Assembly: GCA_964555565.1 (NCBI GenBank)
Contig: CAZKTF010000004.1
Coordinates: forward strand, 1 to 44,828
Length of the DNA: 44,828 nucleotides
Source: an uncultured Planctomycetota bacterium
Lineage (GTDB): Bacteria; Planctomycetota; JAJSAM01; JAKLKS01
Direction of reading: 5' to 3'
A model generated the notes under the pieces. It was not told the DNA's origin. It ran no database searches and worked only from the letters and a program-made list of their open reading frames with translations. Position 1 is the first letter of the stretch. Every line of letters starts with the position of its first letter. Shown in pieces: positions 34,707 through 42,984 of this stretch. Both the position numbers and the translations under genes were made by a program.

Positions 34707-36184
34707 GCGCGCGCTCCTACGCCGACCTCAGGGCCTTCGTGACCGCGCTGGAGAAGGCGGGCGAGCTCCGCCGCGTGCGGGCGGAGGTGGACCCGGACCT
34801 GGAGATCACCGAGGTCGCGGACCGGATGTCGAAGTCCGGGGGGCCCGCGCTCCTCTTCGAGCGGGTGAAGGGCTCCCCCTTCCCGGTCCTCATCAACGCG
34901 CTGGGCTCCGAGCGGCGGATGTCGATGGCGCTCGGCGTGGAGCGGCTCGCGGACCTGGAGGGGCGGACGCAGGAGGTCATCGCCCTCCTCGACGAGAGGC
35001 CCCAGGGGTTCCTGGACAAGCTCGCGATGCTCCCGAAGCTGAAGGCCCTCTCGGAGGTGTTCCCCCGCACCGTGCGGTCCGGCCCCTGCCAGGAGGTGGT
35101 GGAGGACCCGCCGGACCTCGGGCGCATCCCCGTCCTCCGGTGCTGGCCGCAGGACGCGGGCCGCTTCATCACGATGCCCATGGTCTTCAGCCGCGACCCG
35201 GAGAGCGGGAAGCGCAACTGCGGGATGTACCGCCTGCAGGTCTACGACGCGCGGACCACGGGGATGCACTGGCACCGGCACCACGGGGGGGCGGAGCACC
35301 ACCGCAAGAGCGAGGAGGCGGGGGCGCGCCGCATGGAGGTCGCCGCGGCCGTCGGGGCCGACCCGGCGAGCGTGTTCTGCGCGGCCATGCCCCTCCCGCC
35401 TGACCTCGACGAGATGGCCTTCGCCGGGTTCCTCCGCGGCGAGGCGGTGCCGATGGTGAAGTGCCGTACCGTGGACCTCGAGGTCCCCGCCGCGTCGGAG
35501 TTCGTCCTCGAGGGCTGGGTCGATCCGGCCGAGCGGCGGACCGAGGGCCCCTTCGGGGACCACACCGGCTTCTACTCCCTGGCCGACTCCTACCCCGTCT
35601 TCCACGTCTCCTGCGTCACGCGCCGGAAGGACCCGATCTACCAGACCATCATCGTGGGGAAGCCCCCCATGGAGGACTGCTGGATGGCGCGGGCCATCGA
35701 GCACCTGGTCCTCCCGGTGCTGCGGAAGACCCTCCCCGAGATCGTGGACTTCCACATGCCCTTCGAGGGGATCTTCCACAACCTTGCGCTCGTCTCGATC
35801 CGCAAGCGGTACCCGGGCCATGCCCGGAAGGTGATGCACGCCCTGTGGGGCCTCGGGCAGGCGATGTTCACGAAGTGCATCGTGGTCGTCGATCAAGACG
35901 TCCCGGTGCGGGACTACCCGGAGGTCGTCCTCACGGCCCTCAACCACATCGACCCGGAGCGGGACACCGAGTTCGTGATGGGCCCCGTGGAGACGCTCGA
36001 CCACGCCTCGCGGCTGCCCTGGTACGGCTCGAAGATGGGGGTGGACGCGACCCGGAAGTGGAAGGACGAGGGGTTCACGCGGCCCTGGCCCGACCCCATC
36101 GTGATGAGCGACGAGGTGAAGGCCCTCGTGACGCGCCGCTGGGCGGAGTACGGCCTGCCGCCGCCGGGCGGGGGGAAGCCGTGA
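34703..36184 (+). CDS. ubiD: UbiD-family (prenyl-FMN-dependent) decarboxylase
   Basis: DLRAFVTALEKAGELRRV, GPALLFERVKG, RNCGMYRLQV, HWHRHHGG, EGPFGDHTGFYS. GTG 34703 overlaps the ubiE stop. Confidence 0.9.
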   Translation: MSARSYADLRAFVTALEKAGELRRVRAEVDPDLEITEVADRMSKSGGPALLFERVKGSPFPVLINALGSERRMSMALGVERLADLEGRTQEVIALLDERPQGFLDKLAMLPKLKALSEVFPRTVRSGPCQEVVEDPPDLGRIPVLRCWPQDAGRFITMPMVFSRDPESGKRNCGMYRLQVYDARTTGMHWHRHHGGAEHHRKSEEAGARRMEVAAAVGADPASVFCAAMPLPPDLDEMAFAGFLRGEAVPMVKCRTVDLEVPAASEFVLEGWVDPAERRTEGPFGDHTGFYSLADSYPVFHVSCVTRRKDPIYQTIIVGKPPMEDCWMARAIEHLVLPVLRKTLPEIVDFHMPFEGIFHNLALVSIRKRYPGHARKVMHALWGLGQAMFTKCIVVVDQDVPVRDYPEVVLTALNHIDPERDTEFVMGPVETLDHASRLPWYGSKMGVDATRKWKDEGFTRPWPDPIVMSDEVKALVTRRWAEYGLPPPGGGKP

Positions 36185-36834
36185 GGTGGGTGCTGGCGAT
36201 CACCGGGGCCTCGGGGGCGCGCTACGGGGTGGCGCTGCTCCGCGCCCTCGTCGCGGCGAAGCAGGAGGTCGCGCTGGTCGTCGGCAGGAGCGGGGCCCGC
36301 GTCCTCGAGATCGAGGAGGGGATCCGGGTGGACCCGGGCCGCCCGGACCCGGAGGCCCTCGCGCCCGGGTGCGGGAAGGCGGTGGCCGGCTTCCCCGTGG
36401 ACGACGTGGCCGCCCCCTTCTCCTCCGGGACCCACCCGGTCGCGGGGATGGTCGTGTGCCCCTGCTCCATGGGGACGCTCGGCCGGATCGCGCACGGGGT
36501 CTCCTCCAACCTCATCGAGCGCGCCGCCGACGTGATGCTGAAGGAGCGCCGCAGGCTCGTCCTCGTGCCGCGCGAGACCCCCCTCTCGCTGGTGCACCTC
36601 AGGAACATGGTCGCCGTCACCGAGGCCGGGGCCGTCGTCCTCCCCGCGTCGCCGGGGTTCTACCACTCCCCCAAGGGCGTGGACGACCTCGTGGCGCACG
36701 TCGTGCAGAAGGTCCTCGACCAGATGGGCGTCCGCGCGGCCCTCATCCGCCGGTGGGGGACGGGAGCGTCCTCGCCGCGGACGGGACCGAGAACGGCGGG
36801 TAGGGGTAAGGGGAGGGGCACGGGTAGGGGATAG
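36181..36834 (+). CDS. ubiX: flavin prenyltransferase UbiX
   Basis: VLAITGASGARYG, VVCPCSMGTLGRIAHG, LVLVPRETPLS, PASPGFYH. The last ~25 codons (GTGASSPRTGPRTAGRGKGRGTGRG) are low complexity and encoded by the G-run repeat arm. Confidence 0.9.
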   Translation: MRWVLAITGASGARYGVALLRALVAAKQEVALVVGRSGARVLEIEEGIRVDPGRPDPEALAPGCGKAVAGFPVDDVAAPFSSGTHPVAGMVVCPCSMGTLGRIAHGVSSNLIERAADVMLKERRRLVLVPRETPLSLVHLRNMVAVTEAGAVVLPASPGFYHSPKGVDDLVAHVVQKVLDQMGVRAALIRRWGTGASSPRTGPRTAGRGKGRGTGRG

Positions 36835-36894
36835 AGCCCCCCCTCAGGTTCGGCGCCCCTGCCCTCCCCGTACCCCTACCCCTGCCCGCCGTTC
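36791..36894. repeat. 104-nt imperfect palindrome with mirrored G-run and C-run tracts
   Basis: Terminal arms GAACGGCGGGTAGGGGTA (36791-36808) and TACCCCTGCCCGCCGTTC (36877-36894) are 17/18 complementary. Left half has six G-runs (36798-36830), right half six C-runs (36856-36887). Confidence 0.85.
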
Positions 36895-36916
36895 TCCGTG
36901 TCTCCGTGTCTCCGTG
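36893..36916 (+). repeat. three perfect tandem copies of TCTCCGTG
   Basis: tctccgtg tctccgtg tctccgtg read directly. Abuts the palindrome and lies 43 nt upstream of the putative -35 of the next operon. Confidence 0.9.
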
Positions 36917-36958
36917 GTGATCCTTTCCCCTTCTCCTCGCGCCCGCGCGCCGCGATCG

Positions 36959-36987
36959 TTGGCCCGACCCAGGCCGGGCGCTACGAT
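36959..36987 (+). promoter_or_regulatory. putative promoter of a leaderless transcript (TTGGCC-N17-TACGAT)
   Basis: -35-like TTGGCC 36959-36964, 17-nt spacer, TACGAT 36982-36987, then 7 nt to ATG 36995. Confidence 0.45.
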
Positions 36988-36994
36988 CCCCGCG

Positions 36995-37576
36995 ATGGCC
37001 TTCTCCGCCTGGTTCAAGAGCAACGGGGCCCCGAAGGACCTCGGCCCGGAGGACCTGCGGAGGGAGGAGCGGCGCCTGGCCATCCGCGAGGACCAGGCGA
37101 CGGTCCGCCTGGAGCGCCTCCTCGCGGAGAAGGACGACATCTTCGGCCGGGGCGCCGCCACCCCCTCCACCGCGCTCCGCCGGGTCCTCGCCCGCCGCTT
37201 CGCCGCGGCGGCCGCCGAGGAGGTCACCCTGGAGAGGGAGATCCTCGCCCTGGGGAAGGAGCTGGCCACCGCGCGGCTCCTCCTCGCGCTGGCCGACGGC
37301 GGCAGGAAGCCCGCGGGGCTCGCGGAGCGCGCGGCGGAGCTCCAGGTGGCCTTCGAGGACGAGAAGGTGGAGGAGGGGACCTACCGCGACTCCCTGGCGC
37401 GGGCCCTGGGCCACGACCCCGCGGCCCTCCCCGGGTCCCCCGACGGCGCCCCGCGCGCCGAGGCGGTGGTGGAGGCGTGGAGGGCGCTTGACCGCGGGGA
37501 GGCCTCCGACCTGGCGGCCGCGCGTCGCGCCCTCGACGGCACGGCGCCCGCCCCCGGGAAGACCCCCCGGAAGTGA
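36995..37576 (+). CDS. hypothetical all-helical (coiled-coil) protein
   Basis: MAFSAWFKSNGAPKDLGPEDLRREERRLAIREDQATVRLERLLAEKDDIF... has heptad-like charged helices. Stop overlaps the holA start (GTGA). The ORF-track start 36914 is not supported. Confidence 0.5.
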   Translation: MAFSAWFKSNGAPKDLGPEDLRREERRLAIREDQATVRLERLLAEKDDIFGRGAATPSTALRRVLARRFAAAAAEEVTLEREILALGKELATARLLLALADGGRKPAGLAERAAELQVAFEDEKVEEGTYRDSLARALGHDPAALPGSPDGAPRAEAVVEAWRALDRGEASDLAAARRALDGTAPAPGKTPRK

Positions 37577-38685
37577 GGCGCGAGGGGCCCGCGGGCGGGG
37601 CCGCCGCGCTCGCCGGCCGCATCCGGGAGCGCGACCCGGACCTGGCGGTCGTGGCCGTGGCGGGGGAGGAGGGGTTCCTCCGGGACGAGGCGCTCCGTGC
37701 CCTCCTCGCGGCCGCCCTCGGGGACCCGGAGAGCCCTCACGCCGTGATCCTCCACGGCCCCGCCCGGCAGGGAGACCCGGACCCGCTCCGGATGGCCGCG
37801 GTCCTCGAGGAGTGCCGGACCCTCCCCATGTTCGCGCCCCCGGACGTCCGGAAGGTGGTCGTCGTCCGCCGGGCCGACGCGCTGCTGGCGGCGGAGGGGA
37901 AGGCGCTGACGGGCTACCTCGAGGCCCCCGCGCCCCGGGCGCTCCTCCTCCTCTCCGCCGACGCCCTCCCCCGGGAGGCGGCCGCCGCCCTCGGGTCCTC
38001 CCCGCGCGCGACCGTCCTCTCCTGCGAGGCGCCGCGGGCGGAGCCCGCCCCGGGGGGCGGGCCGAGCCCGCTCGCGCACTGGGTGGCGGGCCGGGCCCGG
38101 GAGCGGGGGAAGGACCTCGACCCGCGGGACGCCGAGGTCCTCGTCCACCGCTCGGGGACGAACCTCGCGGTCCTCGACGGTGCGGTGGGCGCGGCGGCGC
38201 TCCACGCCGGGGACGCCCCGCGGATCGCCGTCGCGGACCTGGAGGCCGTCGCCCCGACGGGCCCGGCGGAGCCCACGGACCGCTTCGTGGAGGGGGTCCT
38301 CGCGCGGGACGCCGGCGAGGCCCTCCGCGTCCTGGCGGGCCTGTACCGCGAGGGGGCCTGGGCCTGGGGTTCCTCCTCCCCGGTGCGCGGCGACGGGCCG
38401 GTGACGCACTTCCTCGTGGGACAGCTCCGGCGCGTGGCCCGGGACGCCTACGCGGTGGCGCGCCTGCGCGAGGAGGGGCGTTTCGACCGGCGGACCACGC
38501 GGCTCCCGGGCTCCCTCTACCACGGGTGCCGGGACCCCTGGCGGGTCCTCGAGCGGAGCGACGCCCCCGGGCTGCGCGGGCTGCTGGCCCGCCTGACGGG
38601 CCTCGAGGCGGACCTCAAGGGGGGGAGCGGGGCGGAGCGGGCCCGCTTCGAGGCCCTCGTCGTCGGCTACGCGGAGGGGGCGTGA
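37573..38685 (+). CDS. holA: DNA polymerase III delta subunit
   Basis: Size and pattern fit: VVAVAGEEGFLRDEAL..., KVVVVRRAD, LLLLSAD, LVHRSGTNLAVLDGAV, C-terminal helical domain. Family call from general pattern only. Confidence 0.65.
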   Translation: MRREGPAGGAAALAGRIRERDPDLAVVAVAGEEGFLRDEALRALLAAALGDPESPHAVILHGPARQGDPDPLRMAAVLEECRTLPMFAPPDVRKVVVVRRADALLAAEGKALTGYLEAPAPRALLLLSADALPREAAAALGSSPRATVLSCEAPRAEPAPGGGPSPLAHWVAGRARERGKDLDPRDAEVLVHRSGTNLAVLDGAVGAAALHAGDAPRIAVADLEAVAPTGPAEPTDRFVEGVLARDAGEALRVLAGLYREGAWAWGSSSPVRGDGPVTHFLVGQLRRVARDAYAVARLREEGRFDRRTTRLPGSLYHGCRDPWRVLERSDAPGLRGLLARLTGLEADLKGGSGAERARFEALVVGYAEGA

Positions 38686-40475
38686 CGGCCGGCGGCCCCC
38701 GCATCCGCGTCCTCCCCCCCCGGGTGGTGGACGCCATCGCCGCGGGCGAGGTGGTGGAGCGCCCCGCCTCCGCGGTGAAGGAGCTGGTCGAGAACGCCCT
38801 CGACGCCGGGGCGCGCCGTGTGGAGGTGGACATCGAGGGCGGCGGCCGCACCCGGATCCGCGTCGCCGACGACGGCGAGGGGATGGGCCCGGAGGACCTC
38901 GCGCTCGCCTTCTCCGCCCACGCCACCTCGAAGATCCGCGGACTCGGGGACCTGGACGGGGTCGCGACCTACGGGTTCCGCGGCGAGGCCCTGGCGAGCC
39001 TCGGCGCCGTCTCCGACGCCTCGATCACGAGCCGGGCGCGCGGCTCCCGCTCCGCCCACCGGGTGGAGGCGCGCCGCGGGGAGCGCGGGCCGGTCCGCCC
39101 CGCCGCCGGGCCCGAGGGGACCACCGTGGAGGTGGCGGCGCTGTTCGCCGGCGTCCCGGCGCGCCGGAAGTTCCTCCGCGCCCCGGCGACGGAGTCCGCG
39201 AAGGTGGTGGAGGCGGTCTCCCGGATCGCGCTCGCCCGCCCCGACGTGGGCTTCCTCCTCCGCTCCGAGGGGAGGGTCCTCCTCGACGCCCCGGCGGGGG
39301 AGGCCCCCCGCGACCGTGCGGCCCGGGCCCTCGGGGCGGACCTGGCCGCCACGGTCCTCCCGGTCGTCTGGGGGGGCGCGGGGGGCGTGCGGGTGGAGGG
39401 GTTCGTGGGCGCCCCCGCGGCGGCGCGCGCGGGACGGGCCCCCCAGTTCCTCTCCGTCAACGGGCGGCCGGTCTCCGACCGCTCCGTCACCCACGCCGTC
39501 CGCGAGGGGATGGAGGGGCTGCTCCTCTCGGGTCGCCAGCCCGCCTGGGCGCTGGCGGTCTCCCTCCCGCCGGGGGACGTGGACGTGAACGTCCACCCCG
39601 CCAAGGCCGAGGTCCGGTTCCTGAGGACCGCCGAGGTCCACGAGGCGGTGCGTCTCGCGGTCCGGGAATCGGTGCTGGCCGCGGAGCGGGCCCCCCCGGC
39701 GCTCGGCGCGGGGGTGCCGGCCGAGGCGCGGGACCGGATCCGGGACGCGCTGGAGTCCTACCTCGGCGGGGCGGTCCCGGCACCGGGAGTGCGTCTCCCC
39801 TTCGCGGGGACCGGGGGAGGCCTGCCCGCGGCCGCGGGGGGCGACGGCGCCCCGGGCGCGGCGCCGGGCCTGCCCGCGGCCGACTGGGACGAGGCGGACG
39901 AAGGCGGCGGCGGGGCCGTCCTCCAGGTCCGCAACTCCTTCCTGGTCTTCGAGGTCCCGGACGGGATCGCGATCGTGGACCAGCACGCGCTCCACGAGCG
40001 GGTCCTGCTGGAGGGGCTCCGGCGCGCGACGGCCGAGGGAGCCCAGGTGCAGCGGCTGCTGCTCCCCGAGGTCCTCGAGGTCGGCCCCGCCGACGTGGCG
40101 CGGGTGGCCGCGGCGGCACCCGACCTCCGGCGGGCCGGGCTCCTCCTCGAACCCTTCGGCCCGGGCGCCGTGGCGGTCCACGGGGTCCCGCTCCCGCTCT
40201 CCGGCCGCCCCGTGCGCGCCGCGGCCGAGGCCGCCCTCGAGATCCTCCGGGAGGACGGCGGGAGGCCGGACCGGGAGGCGCTCCTCCACGGGGTCCTCGA
40301 GCGGATGGCCTGTCGGGCGGCGGTGAAGGCGGGCGACCCGCTCAACCCCTCGGCGACGCGGACCCTCCTCGACCAGGCGCGCGGCCTCCCCGCGGCGGGG
40401 CATTGCGCCCACGGGAGGCCCACGGAACTCCGGATCCGGTTCGACGAGCTGGAGCGGCGGTTCCGGAGGACCTGA
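38682..40475 (+). CDS. mutL: DNA mismatch repair protein MutL (endonuclease-type)
   Basis: IRVLPPRVVDAIAAGEVVERPASAVKELVENALDAGA, DDGEGM, YGFRGEAL, endonuclease motif DQHALHERVLLE, C-terminal CAHGRPT. Confidence 0.95.
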   Translation: MTAGGPRIRVLPPRVVDAIAAGEVVERPASAVKELVENALDAGARRVEVDIEGGGRTRIRVADDGEGMGPEDLALAFSAHATSKIRGLGDLDGVATYGFRGEALASLGAVSDASITSRARGSRSAHRVEARRGERGPVRPAAGPEGTTVEVAALFAGVPARRKFLRAPATESAKVVEAVSRIALARPDVGFLLRSEGRVLLDAPAGEAPRDRAARALGADLAATVLPVVWGGAGGVRVEGFVGAPAAARAGRAPQFLSVNGRPVSDRSVTHAVREGMEGLLLSGRQPAWALAVSLPPGDVDVNVHPAKAEVRFLRTAEVHEAVRLAVRESVLAAERAPPALGAGVPAEARDRIRDALESYLGGAVPAPGVRLPFAGTGGGLPAAAGGDGAPGAAPGLPAADWDEADEGGGGAVLQVRNSFLVFEVPDGIAIVDQHALHERVLLEGLRRATAEGAQVQRLLLPEVLEVGPADVARVAAAAPDLRRAGLLLEPFGPGAVAVHGVPLPLSGRPVRAAAEAALEILREDGGRPDREALLHGVLERMACRAAVKAGDPLNPSATRTLLDQARGLPAAGHCAHGRPTELRIRFDELERRFRRT

Positions 40476-40479
40476 CGCC

Positions 40480-41514
40480 CTACTTCGTCTTCGGCATCTC
40501 GAAGAGGGCGTCCGGGAGCTGTGTCGCGTCGCAGACCGCGAAGTCGTCCAGCGCGGCGCTGATCCGGAAGGCGGGTTTGGCGTCGGGCCCGGGAGGGGTC
40601 TCGAAGAGGCTGAGGAAGAAGGGGAGCCGCAGCCCCTTCGGGATGGCCTTGCCCGCCGGCAGCCTCTCCTCCCCACGGCGGGCAACGTCGTAGCTGAAGG
40701 TGAGCGTCCGGGTGGGGCCGTCGGGGCGCTCGGGGAGGATGACGGCGGCCACGGGGTCCAGCGTCGCGGCGTCGAGGTAGATCCGCAGGGCCGGGTCCTT
40801 GTCCGCCTCGGCGCGCGCCCGGTCGAGGCGCACGCACTTCACGGGGCGCAGGACGACGGCGAACTTGTCCTTGGGGTCCGGCCCCGGGACGGGGAAGTCC
40901 TCGGCCGGCATCTGCACCACCGCGGGGCCGCTCTCGGACAGGTTCCCGAGGAAGAAGACCCGGAGGACGAGCCGGAGCCAGCGGGCGTAGGACTCGAGGT
41001 CCCGGGCATCGCCGGCGTACTTGGGTTCCTCGGGGTCGAAGTCCAGGGGCTTCTCGTCCTGCCGGTGGATCCAGAACTTCTTCCCCGTGGTCCCCGTGAC
41101 GGTCGTCTTCCCGGAGAGGCGCATCTCGGTGCGGACCTTCGCGGTGAGGGCGAAGGCCAGCGTGCTCGTCGAGAACTCCTGGCCGTTCCCCTTCTCGTCC
41201 CGGGCGTAGATGGAGGAGAACACGGCCCGGAACCGCTTCACCGCCTTCGCGCCGCGGAACTCCTCGCTCCCCTGCCGCATCGCCGCCCGGGCGAGGAGTT
41301 CTTTCACGTCCGGCGCCGTCTCGGCCACGGGGGGGGTCTTCGGCGCGGGGGCGGGCTCCTCGCCGGCGGGGGGCTTCGGGCGCGGCGGCGCCGGGGCGGC
41401 GCTCCCCGCGGGAGGCGGCGGCGGGGGCCCTGGGACGGGCTCTTCCGCGAGCGCCCCGGCCGGCGCCAGAAGGGCGGCGGCGAGCAGGGCCGGTCGGAGG
41501 GCTCGAAGGTCCAT
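40480..41514 (-). CDS. secreted hypothetical protein with Pro-rich N-terminal linker
   Basis: Signal LRPALLAAALLAPAGALA, PPPPPPAGSAAPAPPRPKPP linker, then mixed alpha/beta region of normal composition. I recognise no family. Confidence 0.55.
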   Translation of the reverse strand: MDLRALRPALLAAALLAPAGALAEEPVPGPPPPPPAGSAAPAPPRPKPPAGEEPAPAPKTPPVAETAPDVKELLARAAMRQGSEEFRGAKAVKRFRAVFSSIYARDEKGNGQEFSTSTLAFALTAKVRTEMRLSGKTTVTGTTGKKFWIHRQDEKPLDFDPEEPKYAGDARDLESYARWLRLVLRVFFLGNLSESGPAVVQMPAEDFPVPGPDPKDKFAVVLRPVKCVRLDRARAEADKDPALRIYLDAATLDPVAAVILPERPDGPTRTLTFSYDVARRGEERLPAGKAIPKGLRLPFFLSLFETPPGPDAKPAFRISAALDDFAVCDATQLPDALFEMPKTK

Positions 41515-41520
41515 GCGTGG

Positions 41521-41526
41521 ATCCTA
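41521..41526 (-). promoter_or_regulatory. -10-like box TAGGAT, 6 nt upstream of ATG 41514
   Basis: Minus strand reads ccgaTAGGATccacgcATG. Confidence 0.4.
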
Positions 41527-41565
41527 TCGGATCGGACGCGCGAGGAGCGGAGGGATGCCCGGCGT

Positions 41566-41571
41566 TACGAT
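41566..41571 (+). promoter_or_regulatory. -10-like box TACGAT, 6 nt upstream of GTG 41578
   Basis: ggcgtTACGATcccgccGTG. Confidence 0.4.
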
Positions 41572-41577
41572 CCCGCC

Positions 41578-42120
41578 GTGCGCCGGCCCCGCCGACCCCG
41601 CGTCCTCTACTCGCGCCGCCGGATCGCGGCGCGGGTCCGGGCGCTCGCGCGCGCGATCGACGCGGTCTACCGGGGGCGGCCGGTGACGCTCTGCGGGGTC
41701 CTCACGGGCGGGGTGGTGTTCGCCGCGGACCTCGCCCGCGCGATGCGGAACGAGCGCATCGAGCTCTCCTTCGTGCGGGCCTCCTCCTACCGCGACGGCA
41801 CCGCCTCCTCCGGGCGCGTGCACCTCGACCTCCTCGACCGGGGGGGGATCGCCGGGCGGGACGTCCTCGTGGTGGAGGACATCCTGGACAGCGGGCGGAC
41901 GCTCCGGGCGATCCTCGGGGCGCTCCGCGTCTGCGGGGCCCGGAGCGTGCGGAGCGTGGTCCTCCTCGAGAAGCCGGTGCGGAGGGCGGTCCCGGTGGTC
42001 CCGGACTGGGTGGGCTTCCGGATGCGGGAGGACGCCTTCGTGGCCGGCTACGGGCTCGACGCCGGCCGGCGCTGGCGGAACCTCCCCGACATCGTGATCC
42101 CCCCGGGGCGCGGGCGATGA
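41578..42120 (+). CDS. hpt: hypoxanthine phosphoribosyltransferase
   Basis: PRPP-binding motif VLVVEDILDSGRTL, FVGFRM..DAFVAGYGLD. Start chosen at GTG 41578 from domain length and the adjacent -10-like box. Confidence 0.85.
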   Translation: MRRPRRPRVLYSRRRIAARVRALARAIDAVYRGRPVTLCGVLTGGVVFAADLARAMRNERIELSFVRASSYRDGTASSGRVHLDLLDRGGIAGRDVLVVEDILDSGRTLRAILGALRVCGARSVRSVVLLEKPVRRAVPVVPDWVGFRMREDAFVAGYGLDAGRRWRNLPDIVIPPGRGR

Positions 42121-42968
42121 GCATCCACGACCGGCCCTACTGGCGCAGGGGCCGCCCGGAGCCGGGGTTCCCGGGGGCCGGGGGGCTCCGCTTCGTCCCG
42201 GTCCACTGGCTCCTCCTCGGCGCCACCTTCGTCGCCTACCTCGTGCAGGCGGCCTACGAGGCCAACGAGGAGGACCCCCGGCTCTACGTGCACCACCTGG
42301 GTCTTTCCGGGGACGGCCTCGTCGCGGGGGAGTTCTGGCAGCCGCTCTCCTACCTCCTCCTCCACGACGGGCCCGGGCACCTCTTCTGGAACCTCCTGGC
42401 GCTCTGGTTCTTCGGTTCCATGGTGGAGGAGGCCGTGGGCAGGCGACGGACCCTCCTCCTCTACCTCGGCGCGGGGCTCGCCGGGGGCGCGGGGCACGTC
42501 CTCGCCGGGCTCGTGTCCGGGAGGAACGGCGTACCGGTCGTCGGCGCCTCGGGGGCGATCATGGGGCTCCTCGTCTACGCCGCCTTCCAGGCGCCGACGC
42601 GCACGATCATCCTCTACGTCTTCCCGATCCCGCTCTGGGTCCTCGCCTCCCTCTACGTCGGCGGCGACGCCCTCATGCTCGTGCAGGGGAAGGGGGGAGG
42701 CGTCGCCGTGGCGGCGCACCTGGGCGGGGCCGCCGCGGGGGCGCTCGCCTGGTTCCGCCCCTGGGCGGGGCTTCGCCGCCGGAGGCGCCCCGCGGCCGCC
42801 GGCGCGGCCCGGTCCGCGCCCGGCCGGCCCGTCGCCGCGACCCCCGGGGAGGGCGCGGAGGTGGACCGCCTGCTCGAGAGGATCCACGCCTCGGGGATCG
42901 GGTCGCTGAGCGAGGCGGAGAGGGAGTTCCTGGAGCGGGTGTCGCGGAAGCTCCGCGACGGCCGTTAG
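42117..42968 (+). CDS. rhomboid-family intramembrane serine protease
   Basis: WQPLSYLLLHDGPGHLFWNL, catalytic GASGAIMG, catalytic His in AAHLGGAAAG. Soluble C-terminal tail EVDRLLERIHASGIGSLSEAEREFLERV. ATG overlaps the hpt stop (ATGA). Confidence 0.85.
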   Translation: MSIHDRPYWRRGRPEPGFPGAGGLRFVPVHWLLLGATFVAYLVQAAYEANEEDPRLYVHHLGLSGDGLVAGEFWQPLSYLLLHDGPGHLFWNLLALWFFGSMVEEAVGRRRTLLLYLGAGLAGGAGHVLAGLVSGRNGVPVVGASGAIMGLLVYAAFQAPTRTIILYVFPIPLWVLASLYVGGDALMLVQGKGGGVAVAAHLGGAAAGALAWFRPWAGLRRRRRPAAAGAARSAPGRPVAATPGEGAEVDRLLERIHASGIGSLSEAEREFLERVSRKLRDGR

Positions 42969-42984
42969 CCGGGAGACGCCGCCG

